From Adineta vaga (taxonomy: Eukaryota; Animalia; Rotifera), in contig CP075494.1 of assembly GCA_021613535.1 (NCBI GenBank), positions 12,338,001-12,402,000 on the forward strand: a stretch of 64,000 nucleotides of DNA. The letters run 5' to 3'. This document shows positions 1 to 14,747 of the stretch, piece by piece. The translations under genes and the position numbers were made by a program. Within the stretch, counting starts at the first letter, position 1. Each line of letters begins with the position of its first letter. Under the pieces are notes generated by a model. It made no database searches. It was not told the DNA's origin and saw only the letters and a list, made by a program, of their open reading frames with translations.

Positions 1-697
1 CTCTCGAGAAGCTATTTCAATAGAATAAATATGATAAAAGACTTTTGCGACGTTATTGCATGTATAAGAGGATACTTGATATATTAGAAATGCAAAAGCT
101 CATGCTGTTCACTATACAAAACAGAAGGATTAGTTAGAATAGAATGACATCTCTTGAAGAAGAGGTTGATTCTCATCATCTTATTGGTCATTTCGTATGT
201 ATTTTTTTCTATTTCCACATCGCATTCGCACTCGCTCGCTCGCTCTCGCTCGAGGCAAATATAAACGTACATAGTCCAGTCCGTCCCTCGAGAGGTGTGG
301 CACATGATTTATAAGGGAAAAAGAGAGAAAGAAAGAAAAAGGGAGAGGGAAATTGAAAAATTTATATACCTCTCATGTTCGTTGGCCTTGCTTTATTCAA
401 GGACATATATATTGTACTTGTCAGAGTTTAATACAGGTCAAAACACTGATTTCTCTTGTATATTTTTATGTCACATGCTTTTATCTATTTGAAAGCATGC
501 CTCGAAAAAGACATGTCTACGTATACATAGATATATCGCACATTTTACGGGCAGATGATATACTTCGAAGTAGTAATTTTTTTAAAGATAACACCTGCAC
601 TTTACGTTCACTTGAAATGAAACTTTTTTTTTTGTTTTATTCTAGATTTATTTTAATAGAAAAAAAAGAAACGAAAGAATTTTACTTTAATTTATGA

Positions 698-2758
698 ATG
701 ATTCATAAATCTAATTCATCTTCGATTAATTTATCATTATCTGGATGTGGATTTTTAGGTGTTTATCATATCGGTGTTATATGTGCGTTTAAAGAACATG
801 CTCCTAAAGTTCTTGAGAATAAAATGGCTGGATGTTCAGCCGGTTCGCTTGTTGCAGCATGTGCAATGAGTGGTTGTTGTCTTGGACAGATGTGTAGTGA
901 TGCTTTAGAAATAGCTATACGAGCACGAAGTCGTGCATTAGGACCTCTTCATCCAACGTTTAGTATTGTTGATATAATACGAAATGGTTTACGACGAATT
1001 CTACCACCGAATGCACATGAAATCTGTTCAGGACGTTTATTTATTTCATTAACACGTTGGAAAGATAATAAAAATGTTGTTATTAGTCAATTTCATAATC
1101 GTGAAGAACTTATTCAAGTACTTATTTGTTCAAGTTTTGTACCTTATTGGTCAGGTATAATTCCACATAAATTTCGTGGAGAAGTAAAAGAAAAAGAAAT
1201 CTTATGAATATGGTTTTGTAAATTCTTCTTTGTTTTTTAGTATTATTGGGATGGTGGCTTAACGAATAATAATCCGATTATTGATGAAGGTACAATTTTA
1301 GTTTCACCATTCGCTGGTGAAAGTGATATTTGTCCACGAGATGAATCAGGTTCATTCTATAGTGTTGATTTTCGAGGTAAAATTCAATTGGTGTTTTTGT
1401 TTTCTTCATATTATTCAAGTTTGTTTGATTCAGGAACGGATATTTCATGTACACAAGAGAATTTATATCGTATGACTCGTGCTCTATTTCCACCGAATTT
1501 ATCTGTATTAAAACAAATTTGTTGGCGTGGTTATATCGATGGTTTAAAATTTCTTCAAACAAGAAGTAAGACGGAGAGGAAAAACTGAACTTTCGATATA
1601 AATCTACTTTCTTTCAGATATGATTGAATCATCACATTTGAGTACAAAAGCAACGATCTCATCTGTACTCGGAAGTGATTATACAGAACCGGCGAATGAT
1701 GAAGAAAAACAATTATGTAATGGTGGAATTGTACAAGATGTTGATATGATGTATGAAAAATTAGATGACGATGATGAAGGCGATTCAATTGGATATGATT
1801 CTCCATCAGAGGATGAATCAGAAAAAGATAATAGTCAAGTGACATTTAGTCCATTTTGTGAAAAAGTGACAAGAAAAAAAGAATTACCGACTCCACTTTT
1901 TGCTGGTAGAAATCTTCGTTTGCTCTCTGTCTCCCATTAGAATCAAACACAACTTCTCATATATGTTTTAGTATTTGCCGATGCTCGACAAAAAGTTGAA
2001 GATCCAATTGGACGATATTTTACAGAATCAAATCTTTATCGAGTATGGTCACTAATGACTTTACCGGTGACACTACCAATTGATCTAACGTATACATTTG
2101 CAAAACGGTATGTAAATCTTTGCTTTTGTATAAGTATAAGGAATGAAGGATTTTGTTATTTCAATTAGAATTTTAAATGTATTTTGTCCAGTATCATCAA
2201 CTGATCAATCATCAAATCGTGCACTCAATTTCTTCTGGTCGTTGTTTGGTGATAATGACGATAAATATTGTTATCATGTTAACGAGTACGACGACAAAAA
2301 TTTGAAATGTTCTTTTCTTACAATTCTCGTAATCTACTTTTTATTTCAGTTGTGAGTGTACTGAAAGTCGTGTTTCATCTCATCATCATCATCATCATCG
2401 TCGTCGTCATCGTCATCCTCGTTCTCGACTGTACCAACGTCAAGCAAGCGCACCGATGAGTACAATTACTCCGACATCTTATCAATCTTCATCATCAAGT
2501 GATAATGATGATGAAGATATTTTAACAGTAAACAATGATGAAATATCTGCTGGACATTTTCCGCAACCTGATATTGTTCAATCGACAATGAATGAAGAAT
2601 ATTGTCATCACTTACAACAAATGGCTGAACTATCCAATCAACAACGATTCAATGAACAGTCAATACCATTCTTTGGTAAAGATGATCATTTAATAAATAC
2701 TGAAACTAGTCAAATGCCGACAACATCACTTGAAAAAAATCTTTTATTTAATTCATAA
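698..2758 (+). CDS. PNPLA2: Patatin-like phospholipase / adipose triglyceride lipase (PNPLA2/brummer-like), multi-exon
   Basis: ORF 698-1207 has SGCGFLGVYHIG (glycine loop) and GCSAG (GxSxG nucleophile). The next exon (~1241) has YWDGGLT (catalytic DGG). Further exons joined by short GT-AG introns run to TAA at 2758, with a His/Arg-rich stretch near 2380-2420. Confidence 0.88.
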
Positions 2759-3715
2759 AAAAAATCAAAATCTACGATGATTTACTTTTTAAAAAAGACA
2801 AGCCTGTTCTACCGGTGTGTGTGTGTTTTCGACATTTATGTGTATATCTATTTGTATACTTCTGTTCGTGTATATATGTGTGAGTGCGTGTGTTTGTAAA
2901 TTTAATTGTTTGATTTTCTATGCAAAAGATAGATAATTATTGACAACGAACAAATATAGAAATACGATATTCTATTCCACTATAAACTAGCAATATATTC
3001 CTGTTCTTTTTTTTTTGTATATTTATATATTTCCTATTTTTCTTCTCATTGTCATGTAACAATGCTATTTCTTTTTTGTGCTACAACAGTGTTTTGTTTT
3101 CTTCTTATGCAATTTCTATATTAACTTTTCTCGATTTAATCGTTGTACTGTTTCTTTTTTCTCTTTACTTCGGTCAGATATATATAACTATTAGCATAAG
3201 ATTATTTGATTTTCTAGCAAAAGAAAAAAACGTAAAGTGTTTTTTTTTCTTCTACAGTTTCTTTCTGCTTCGATTGATGGTGCGGTGGATGGCTGAAGAG
3301 GAGAATTGATACACTTAGTTCTTTATTGCATACCTTTTTTTTTACTTGTTTCATATGGCAAATCGGCTGTTTTTGTGAGAAAGAGAGAAAGAAAGCATGA
3401 CCAAACATGTCAATACTTGACGCGTAATGTAAGAAAAAGAAAAGAACGAGTATAAGCGACTACATACGTTAAGTTGAGCTTTTTCTCTTCGTCTTCTATT
3501 CCAGTCCTTCAAGTAACTATCGCTAGTAAATACATATAAATTGAGCGACGTCAATCAAGGCATATTTTATTGATTTTTACACCTTTCTACGTATCGTCTG
3601 ATTGCATAACTGTAACTAACTATTACATCAACCTTGTCATTTTTAGATAATTGTTCGTGTGTTCATTTGTAACAGTTTTTTGCTCGTCGTTTGATTATTT
3701 TCGAAATCCTCAACG

Positions 3716-5976
3716 ATGGATTTTTCTTCGCCCAGCAATTCCACATTTTTCAATGAATTTTCATCTGTTCATAATGAAACACCAAAAAAAATACCCACAA
3801 TAAGTTATCTCGAACATAATGAAGAATATCTTACTAAATTCATCAATTGGAATGACTATGAACAATTAGTATTTGTGGAAAATCTATTGAAAAATATGCA
3901 AAGTCATCAACATGGACAAGTCAATGCATTTTTATTACCACTATTACAACGCGATTTTATCGGACGTCTATCATCCTGTGGTTTAGAACATTTAGCCGAG
4001 AAAATTCTTGGTTATTTAGATGATCAATCATTAAAATCAACTGAACTTGTTTGTCGCGAATGGTATCATGTTATTTCTCAAGGTAAAAAGGAATAAAAAT
4101 TTAAGTTAAATAATGAACGAATGATTGATTGATTGATCATTAGGTATGTTATGGAAAAAATTAATTGAACGAAAAGTTTTATCCGATATTTTATGGCGTG
4201 GTTTATCTGAACGTCGTGGTTGGAGTAAATATCTTTTTCGACAAATTTTAATTAAAAAAGATGAACAAAAACGTGATGAATTCTATCGTTATTTATATCC
4301 TCGAATACTTCGTGATATTGATCAATTGGAAAGCAATTGGCGAACAGGAAATTTTCAATTAGAAAAAATTCCGTGTCGATCACAAAATAGTAAAGGTGTT
4401 TACTGTTTACAATATGATGATGAAAAAATAATCAGTGGTCTACGTGATAATACAATTAAAATTTGGGATAGAAAAAATCTTGAATGTGTTAAAGTTTTAA
4501 CAGGTCATAATGGAAGTGTTCTTTGTTTACAATATGATGATAGAGTTATTATAACGGGCTCGTCCGATTCAACAATTCGAGTATGGAATGTCAAAACTGG
4601 AGAATTATTAAATACACTTTTACATCATTGTGAAGCTGTTCTTCATCTAAGATTTGTCGATGGTACAATGGTAACATGTTCAAAAGATCGATCAATTGCT
4701 GTTTGGCAAATGAATTCACCGACTGATATTACTATACGACGCGTACTAGTTGGACATCGTGCAGCTGTTAATGTCGTTGATTTCGATGATAAATATATTG
4801 TTAGTGCTAGTGGTGATCGTACAATTAAAGTTTGGGTATGAACTATTTCTTAGAGAGTATTGAATTTATATCTCGTTTTCTTTTCGTAGAATACAACAAC
4901 ATGTGAATTTGTTCGAACACTCCTAGGACATAAACGAGGCATTGCTTGTTTACAATATCGCGATAAAATTGTTGTTAGTGGTTCATCGGATAATACGATA
5001 CGAGTAAATATTGATATGACGAAAATAGTTTTTCATTTTTTTTTTCAAATTTGATGGGTACTATTTTAAGAAACAATTTTTGATTAGTCTTGTTTATTTC
5101 TCTTTTTTCTTCGTCTTTGAATCTGTATGCAGGTAAAACAAAAATACCTTCATTTCTCTTGAAAATGATGTCAATCGTTATTAATATCAAGATGAAATGT
5201 TAACAAAATGACCATGAAAGAATCTCGATGAGTGAAAGAAGCATGGTGAAAAGAAACAAAATGTTGTTTTCAATTATAGTTCGAGGACATATTTATCAAA
5301 GTAGCATTTTCTACCCTCCCCCTCCCCCTCCAGCTCTCTCTCTCTCTCTCATTGATAGAATAGTCACGAGAAATTGTTCTTGCGTGATTGCAACTATTTA
5401 CATGATTAATTAAAGAATTTTTACCGTAAACTTTTTCTTTTAGGTCTGGGATATTGAATGCGGTGCTTGTCTACGTGTACTAGAAGGGCATGATGAACTT
5501 GTACGATGTATTCGATTTGATTCCAAACGAATTGTCTCAGGTGCATATGATGGTATGTAATCGATTATCATTGTAAAAAGAAATATATTGTAGAGTCAAT
5601 CTATCGATTAGGTAAAATTAAAATTTGGGATCTTCAAGCTGCATTAGATCCTCGTTCTCAACCATCATCACTATGTATGAAAACATTAACTGAACATACA
5701 GGCCGAGTATTTCGTCTACAATTTGACGAATTTCAAATCGTATCCAGTTCACATGATGATACAATTCTTTGTTTCAATTTTCTCCAACCTAAATGTAAAA
5801 AATCAAAACATGTAGCAAAATCAACTTCGGCCAATACATCACCCATATTAGGTGTGGCACAAACTCAAATCACGAGTTTTGATTCCGTAGATTCTCCACA
5901 AAATGAACTACAGAATGTTCTACAAACACAAGCTTCAGCTATCTCTATGGCATCATCATCAGGTTCAGGAAGTTGA
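3716..5976 (+). CDS. BTRC: F-box/WD40 protein beta-TrCP (slimb/FBXW1/FBXW11)
   Basis: Dimerisation domain ([18 protein letters not shown]), F-box ([17 protein letters not shown]) and WD40 repeats typical of beta-TrCP ([27 protein letters not shown]; [28 protein letters not shown]; [26 protein letters not shown]). Confidence 0.95.
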
Positions 5977-6805
5977 AACAACATTTGTGTTATACGCTGA
6001 TGTGAAACTTTTTTGTATGTGTGCTTTTCTTTCTTTTCTATAGAAAATTTTCAAATAACGATTTCGTATACTAAGTGTAAATCCCCTGATTTGTGTCTGA
6101 TAAATTTTTCTTGTCTTTTGTCTATACGTGTATTCTTTTGTTACGATCGATGAATAGAACGGTTGTCTTGTCTTCGTGTGATTGATTTATTTTTTTATAG
6201 AACAAAAGACAAGTTTCTTTTTTTCTTCTTCTTCTTTCTCTTTTCTTTTTTTAAATCAGATTAAGTTCTTTTTCGTAAAGAATGATCTATAGATATTAAT
6301 AAAAATACAACTCGATTCATACAGTACAATAGTTAAAAATCACTTCTGCTTGTGAATATTATATAAGATTGATTGATGATTGATTAATCATTTACGTAGT
6401 TATTATGCTCTTTGATTTATATATATAGTGTTGACATAAATACTGATAGTAATCTCATCATTAAAAGAACAGTGATGAAACTACTAGAACGTTCATCTCT
6501 CTTGCAAGATGTTGATTACTATGTAACATTCATAGACTACAAATATATTTATCTCTTGAAAATAAGATCGTAATGTTAGAATTTATGCATTCTCAAATTT
6601 AACAATATGATTTCGTATATCAATCACTGACATCTGTAGTATTTCTTTTTATTTGTCCATTGGTTAGTTCTAATGATGATATAAATCATCTCTGTTCTAT
6701 TCTATGATGTGTTGTGTAGTGTAGACTTAGAGTTTGAATTGATGATTACATTACATTGAAAAGATTGTTCTTCATGAAATTTTGTTTATTTGTGACCGAT
6801 TTTAG

Positions 6806-7153
6806 ATGCAAAGAACATCTGTAATTCAACCGACATCAACTGTTCAACCAGTGATTGTATTAGAAGATTCGGGCAATGAATCTGCTGTGTGGATTGTCTT
6901 CCGAAAAATGCTCTTTTTTACATTATTAATGACGATTGCACCGTTAGGATCATTTTTTATTGCTAAAGATTATGTATTTCAAGGTATTTTCCATGTATCA
7001 AGCGGTAGTAGTTATACCTATTCAGCAATTGTTGCTGTTATTGTTGTTCATATTGTATTAATTGCTTTTCTATTTGCGGCATTTCGTGAAGACATTCCAG
7101 AAAAGAAAAAATCAATTACAACTGGAAAAGACTCAACTGGCAAACAGGACTGA
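6806..7153 (+). CDS. VMA21: V-ATPase assembly factor VMA21-like, two TM helices
   Basis: KMLFFTLLMTIAPLGSFF and YSAIVAVIVVHIVLIAFLFAAFRED match the VMA21 pattern; lysine near the C-terminus (GKQD). Confidence 0.85.
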   Translation: MQRTSVIQPTSTVQPVIVLEDSGNESAVWIVFRKMLFFTLLMTIAPLGSFFIAKDYVFQGIFHVSSGSSYTYSAIVAVIVVHIVLIAFLFAAFREDIPEKKKSITTGKDSTGKQD

Positions 7154-7524
7154 ATACATTCGATGTTTATTAGATATTTCTTATCTGTCGTTGTGTAATA
7201 TGATTTAAAAAAATAAAAGAAATCTATGTGTCATTATGAAATTTGGTGTCCGACTTATTCGTGCATTTGAAAAACATCGTATTGTTGGAATTATTCCTTC
7301 AATTATATACTTTACATTCTATTACAAAAAGGAAACTATTTTTGATTGTGAATATGAAAAAGAGTGTCAGGTTGATTATAACTTAATGATTTTTGAAACA
7401 TTCATCAATGATATGACCATTATATATTTTGAATACGATCGAATAATTAACTTCTCGATTTCTCATACGCATTCTTGTCTGATAATCGAACATTTCGTTT
7501 TAGATAGAGATAAAAAGAAATAAT

Positions 7525-10500
7525 ATGGGACGTCTTCAAGTAGCTATTGATCGAGGTGGAACATTTACAGATGTGGTAGCACGTACATCTGATGGTAAAA
7601 TTGTAACGATGAAATTATTATCGGAAGATCCAGAAAAATATAAAGATGCTCCAACAGAAGCCATTCGTCGATTGTTAAAACAAGTATTCATTATTAAATA
7701 CATGTAGAAATTTCTCAATTCTATTTTTCTTGACCATCTCTATAGGAATCATTTCCATTGAGTCCAACTGATATCGAATGGATACGTATGGGTACAACAG
7801 TTGCAACGAATGCATTATTAGAACGAAAAGGTGAACGTGTTGCTTTATTAGTAACAAAAGGTTTTCGTGATTTACTTTATATTGGAAATCAATCACGACC
7901 TAAATTATTTGATTTAGTATGATATTGACATAAGGATCTGATTATTGAAAAACTTGTTTCTGTTTGTAATATAGACTGTTCGTATATCTGATGTACTTTA
8001 TGAAGAAGTTGTTGAAGTACAAGAAAGAGTCGTACTTTGTCGAGATGATTGTAAATTAAATAATGAAATACGAGGAAAGAATGAAAAGAAAACAACAACA
8101 ACTGGAGAAAAGGTATTTGTTTGATTATCGTTTCAGAAAATTTACGAATGATTCAACTATATAGGTTGAAGTCTGGCAATCAGTTGATGAAGAACAATTA
8201 CGTAAAGATTTAAGTACAATTAAAGAAAAAGGTATTTCATCCATAGCTGTTGCTCTTTTACATTCTTATTGGTAAGATTATTGTCATAAAACATCGGTAG
8301 ATCTTCTATTTCGATTAGTTTTCCTGATCATGAACTACATGTCGGTGAAATTGCACGTGATATGGGCTTTACAAATGTTTCATTATCACATCAAATCATC
8401 GCAATGCAAAAATATGTTCCACGCGCTCATACAGGTTACTTCGAAAGTGAAATATTCTAGATGAAGATGAATATTTATTTTTTGATAGCTTGTACTGATG
8501 CATATTTAACACCGTGTTTGAAACGATATATTGATACATTTTCAAATGCATTTGAAAAAACAAAACTCGATGAACTCAATGTTCTCTTCATGCAATCAGA
8601 TGGAGGTTTGACACCAGTGGAAAAGTATAGATAAAAAGAATATTAATACGTTTTCCTAAGTAATCAATTGTATTTGATTAGATTTTCCGGATCACGAGCA
8701 ATTCTTTCTGGACCAGCAGGTAGATCCTGTCATTGTTTTCATAGAATATATTTCTATGTTAGTTATTTTTATGAATAGGTGGTGTGGTTGGATATTCAGT
8801 TACAAGCTATATCGATTCTCAACCAGTCATTGGTTTTGATATGGGTGGAACATCAACTGATGTTAGTCGATTCGATGGTACACTTGATCATGTTTTGGAA
8901 AGTACTATTGCATCAGTTACTATTCAAGCTCCACAATTAGATATTAATACAGTAGCAGCAGGTGGTGGAAGTATATTAAGTTTTCGTTCAGGTCTTTTTC
9001 GAGTCGGTCCAGAATCAGCCGGCGCACAACCCGGTCCAGCTTGTTATAAAAAAGGTTCTTTTTTTTAACGATAATATTGAATTATTATTTTATCTATTTG
9101 TTGGTACTTAAGGTGGACCATTAACTGTTACTGATGCCAATTTGATCTTAGGTCGTTTAATCGCCGAATATTTTCCAGCATTATTTGGACCGAAAGGAAA
9201 TGAACCATTGGATTCTGAAGCATCATCAACTAAATTCAATGAATTAGCAGAAACTGTTGAGTGTTCATTCGATACGATTTTATAGTTGTGAAAGTATATT
9301 TATTTGTTTAGATCAATTCATTTCTGAAAGAAAATGGCAAGAAAACATTGACTATCGAAGAAATAGCGTTAGGTTTTGTTCATGTGGCTAATGAAAGTAT
9401 GAGTCGTCCAATTCGAGCATTGACTGAAGTAAATCTATTGAAAGACGAAATATGAATAGACCATTTTTTTTATTAAAATAGGGCAAAGGTTTCGATCTTC
9501 GAGATCATGTATTGGCATGTTTTGGCGGTGCTGGTGGTCAACACGCTTGTGCCGTAAGTCTTCGTTTGCATTTTATTCAATCATTAATAAATAAGATTCT
9601 ATTTAGATTGCTCGTGCTCTAGGCATGAAAACTGTCTTTGTTAGTCGGTAAGTTTAGAGTCGTTTGGGAGATTTAAGTCAATATTTTCTATGTTTTATTT
9701 AGTTTTGCTGGTGTTCTTTCTGCTTTGGGTTTAGCTCTAGCCGATGTTGTTCATGAAATGCAAGAACCATGTGGAAAACAAATAAATTCCAGTAATTGGT
9801 CAACTATTACCGATCGATTAAAACATCTTTCCAAGTGTGGAGTAGAAGAACTTACAAAACAAGGACATGATCGGTTTGTTATGTGTACCATCAAAAATTC
9901 ATTCTAGAAAAGATTCTTTTAGTAAATCAATTGTTATCGAAAAATTTTTAAATCTTCGATATGAAGGAACGGATTGTGCATTGATGTGTTCAAGCAATGA
10001 TGATACGCCTGACTCATTTACAGATATATTTCTTAAGAAATATAAAGATCAATTCGGTTTTATTCTTCCCGATCGACCAATTATTACGGATGACATTCGT
10101 GTTCGTGCATTAGCTAAATCAGCAATGGATATCGATCGAAAGATTGGTAGTCGACCGAATGATAAACCTTTAAAAGAATTGAAAGTATAGAAAAGTTTTT
10201 GAATTGAAGGAATTTCATTAAAATCTCGTTTGATAGAAAGTCAAATGTTACTTTGAACAAGGTTTTGTTGAAACACCAATTTATCTAATCGGAGAACTCT
10301 ATGCGAATGATAAACTATCGGGTCCAGCAATTATTATTGATCCTAGTTGGTAAGAGTTTATTTTGAATATGTTTTTGTTTTTGTTTTCCAATTTGATTTT
10401 ATTTATATTTCAATATCAGTACTATTCTTGTTGAACCCAATTGTGAAGCAACAGTGACTGATTGTGGTGATATACGTATTGCTATTGAACATATTAAGGA

Positions 10501-12957
10501 TGATACAAATTCAACAGAACTTGATCTAATAAAATTATCAATTTTTCAAAATCGTTTCATGAGTATTGCTGAACAATGTGGTCGGTAAGGATTCTTTCTT
10601 GTTTTTTTCTATTCAAACGAATAATTGTGAGTTAATATAGTGTTCTTCAATTAACTGCTATTTCCACCAATATCAAAGAACGTTTAGATTTCAGTTGTGC
10701 TGTTTTTGGACCCGATGGTGGTTTAGTTGCAAATGCTCCTCATATACCAGTACATCTTGGAGCTATGCAGGAAGCCGTTCAATATCAGGTAAACAGAAGT
10801 ATAAAACTACTCGATACTTAGCTTTTTTTTCGATTGTAGATGCGTTCGATTGGTAAAGATCTACGTGATGGTGATGTTATTCTTACAAATCATCCTGCAG
10901 CTGGAGGTAATGTAAACAAATCAATTGTAAAGCTATTTGGATTAATACTTATTTTATTTTAGGCAGTCATCTCCCAGATTTAACTGTTATTACACCAGTA
11001 AGATAGTTTATGCTGACTACTTTGATTATGAACTAGTATCAACTTTTCTTAGGTATTTCATGAAGATGATAAAGAAAAGCCAGTCTTTTTTGTTGCAAGT
11101 CGTGGTCATCATGCAGATATCGGCGGTTTAACTCCTGGTTCAATGCCACCGAATTCAACAAGTCTTCTTCAAGAAGGTGCACAATTTGTTTCATTTAAAA
11201 TTGTTGAACAAGGACAATTTAAAGAGAAAGGTACACACAAAAGTGACATTAACAGACTTTCTTTTATGCCTTATCTTTTTTCTTGACTTATAATAGAAGT
11301 AACTGAACGATTGAATGAACCAGGAAAATTAGAAAATTGTTCAGGTACTCGAACACTAATGCATAATATTGCTGATTTAAAGGCACAAATCGCTGCGAAT
11401 TTGAAAGTAAGCAGTTATCATTAATTTTATCTGTTTAGTTTTATCATTCTTTTTGTTATTCTTGAGGGTGTGAAATTAGTGCAAGAGTTAATCGATATTT
11501 ATGGTCTTGAAGTAGTACAAGCTTATATGACATATATTCAAGATAATGCTGAAACAGCTGTGAAAGATCTATTAAAAACTGTAGTTAAGTCTTTAGCGGA
11601 AAAAAACAATCATACCGACAAGGATCATGCTAAATTACAAGCGATTGATTATATGGATGATGGATCGAAAATTTGTTTAACTGTTGAAATAAATGGGAAA
11701 GAAGTAAATGATATGCTGTATTTTTATTTGTAGTCATTACTATCTTTCGATTTTGAATATAGCAAAAAGCAAAATTTGATTTTACGGGTACCAGTGAACA
11801 AGTATGGTATAATTGGAATGCACCACGATCGATTACTTATTCAGCAATTATTTATTGTCTTCGTGCTATGATTGCTCATGAGATACCTTTAAATCAAGTA
11901 GAATTTTACTTACTTTATTATAGACGATCGAGTGCAAGAATATTTTTAGGGATGTATGCGACCAATTGAAGTTATGATACCGCAAGGTTCACTGCTTGAT
12001 CCACACAAAGATGCTGCGGTTGTTGGTATGTTGAAACGAGAAAATAAATGTGATTTTCAAGAAAATAATTTTTTTATATAGGTGGAAATGTTCTGACTAG
12101 TCAACGTTTAGTCGATGTAATTCTTCGTGCTTTTGATGTTTGTGCTGCATCCCAAGTAATATATTTTTATTAAACGAATTGTCTCTTTTCTTCGGAAAAT
12201 ATTTTGTGATAGGGTTGCATGAATAATATTACATGGGGTGATAATAAAGCAACGAGTTATTATGAGACAGTCGCAGGTGGTGCAGGCGCAGTATGTATAC
12301 GTTTTTGTTTGTGAGAGACATGGAAATGAAAAGAGAGTTGTATAGGGACCCAAATGGCATGGTCGATCAGGTGTTCATACACATATGACGAACACTCGAA
12401 TAACTGATCCGGAGATTCTTGAAAAACGGTGAGTAAATACTTATTTGAACGGCTCTTTGGAATTGTACTCACTTTCATTTTGAAGTTTCCCCGTTGTTTT
12501 GTTGAAATTCTGTCTTCGTGCACATTCTGGTGGTCAAGGAAAGTTTCGTGGTGGTGATGGCGTTGATCGTCAAATCTTATTTCGTCGTTCAATGACCTTA
12601 TCTATCTTAACTGACCGACGTGTACATCAACCATATGGATTATGTGGTGGTGAAAATGGCCAATCTGGAAAGAATTTATTAAAACGTGTCGATGGACGAT
12701 TAGTAAATCTAGGTGGAAAATGCTCTGTAACCATGGAACCTGGTGTAAGTAGTGTAGTAAACATTTTCTCAAGATAGAAATGTATGTTGTGCATTCTTTA
12801 GGATATTTTCATTTTACTGACACCTGGTGGTGGTGGTTATGGAAGAGTTGATGATGATGATGATGATCAAAAACATCATCATGGGCAGGCAGAATTTCAA
12901 TCATATGTTGAACGTGGAAGTTTATTCGATTATAGAATGGCACAAGAAGGAGTTTAA
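7525..12957 (+). CDS. OPLAH: 5-oxoprolinase (ATP-hydrolysing), hydantoinase A/B domains, many exons
   Basis: [89 protein letters not shown] and C-terminal TPGGGGYG; stop TAA at 12955-12957. Confidence 0.95.
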
Positions 12958-13126
12958 GAGATTTATTTTTGATATATTCACATGCACTTAGAGAATATAA
13001 TTAGTCTTTTATTTTGATCATTTTATAATTTTATTAACTTTCAAATTATTTTAACATAAAAATAAACGAGCACAAACTATTGATATCATTCACAGTTAAC
13101 AATATCTACTTACATTCATGACAATT

Positions 13127-14747
13127 TCAATCGAATGTTACGATAATACCAGTATGTTTGGGTACGATTGTTAATTTCAAAACATATCCACCAGAATTCA
13201 CTTTACCGCCAGCATCACCAAAAGTGACTCGTTGCATTAATCTTGTTATAATCACTTTCAATTCAAATCGAGCAAGATCTTGACCGATACATTGGCGATG
13301 ACCACCACCGAATGGAATTGATGCATAGGGATGATGATCTTTATCTTCATTGAGAAATCGTTCTGGATAGAATAGATCAGGATCAATTTTCCAATAGCGT
13401 TTATCTCGACTACCAATATTTAGTGGAATAAAAACTTCATCACCTTTGTGCAAATGAACACCACTTTGCGGTAATCGATCATTCATCGTCAATGTTCGAG
13501 TAGTACCAACAACAGGTGGAATAAATCGAAGAACTTCTTGAACAACACAATCCAAATAAGTGAACGAATCGATTTGATCGACGGTCAATCGATTCTGTAT
13601 GTTATTACCTAGTTCATCTTTAATCTTTCCTTGTACACAAGGATTTTTACTCATAAAATAGATAAACCAAGCAAGTACACTTCCAGTTGTTTCAGAGCCA
13701 GAGACAAGAAACAGAAGCATTTCATGAAAGACTTCTGTTCGAGATAATCCTTAATAAATGAAAGATCTTCGATAAATTTTTTTTTCATTAATATAAAAAA
13801 TAGGTACCTTTCTTCTCGTGTTCTGGTTTCTGAGCTTCAGTCCGTTCATCCACTTGTAATGAATTGACTAGCGATGCAATTAAACTTGTTCGCTTTCGTT
13901 CTGCGATATCTTCTGTTGGTTTCTGTTGTTCCTGTTCTATCATTTGATTCAAATAATTACTAATCGTAACCATAGCGTGTCGATATTTTGGACTAATTTG
14001 TAAATAAACTTTCGTGATCAATGTTGGTATTGGAATAGTAGATAAAAATATTTTCAAAAAATCACTCAAAGCTTGTCGAAGTTTATTATTTTTGATCATT
14101 TGAGATTCTTCTAATGTCTGTAAATCATAATCGAAACCAATAAAACCAAAAATAGCTAATGATAAATTCTGACATTGATCGACCATATTAAAATAGACAT
14201 GTCGAGGATTATTGTCAAATTTTGAACGCCATTGATCGAGTAATTTGTCAGTACAATCAATGATAATATCCAAATTATTCACGATCTTTGCTCGTCGAAA
14301 TAATGGTAAAATTATAGAAGCATGTCGTTTATATTTTAATCCTATATGATAGAGAAAAAAAAGTTAAGAGGATAATCACATGACATGATAAAAGAAACCT
14401 GTATTACAAATAAGTGCGTCATTAAACAGAGTTCGATGGTGATCAACTTCTAATTTGCCTTGCTCATAAATTTGTCGATGAGTAAATATATGTTGGACAT
14501 CATCTGGATTACAAATGAAAATCATATGAATTGGACCTGCCCAAAATTGAAATGTATCACCATATTTCAGTTGAAATTCTCTAACAATATCACCAAGATA
14601 CCGACCATGTAGAAAACCTGTCTGCAGAAGATTACCCAATAGAAAATTAGGTGATTTGCCTGGTATTGAACCATATAAAGTAAAATATTTCAGTTTGAGA
14701 TAAACAAACAATAAAACAATTACAATAATGGTAAGGAGAAGCAACAT
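13127..14747 (-). CDS. Cytochrome P450, about 4 exons
   Basis: N-terminal membrane anchor, I-helix SGSETT, K-helix EVLR, PERF and heme-binding FGGGHRQCIG. Confidence 0.93.

Noticed and set aside
84-697. Short overlapping ORFs and CTCG/GAGA-rich tract before PNPLA2
   Set aside because: Low-complexity translations with no motifs; more likely promoter or UTR.
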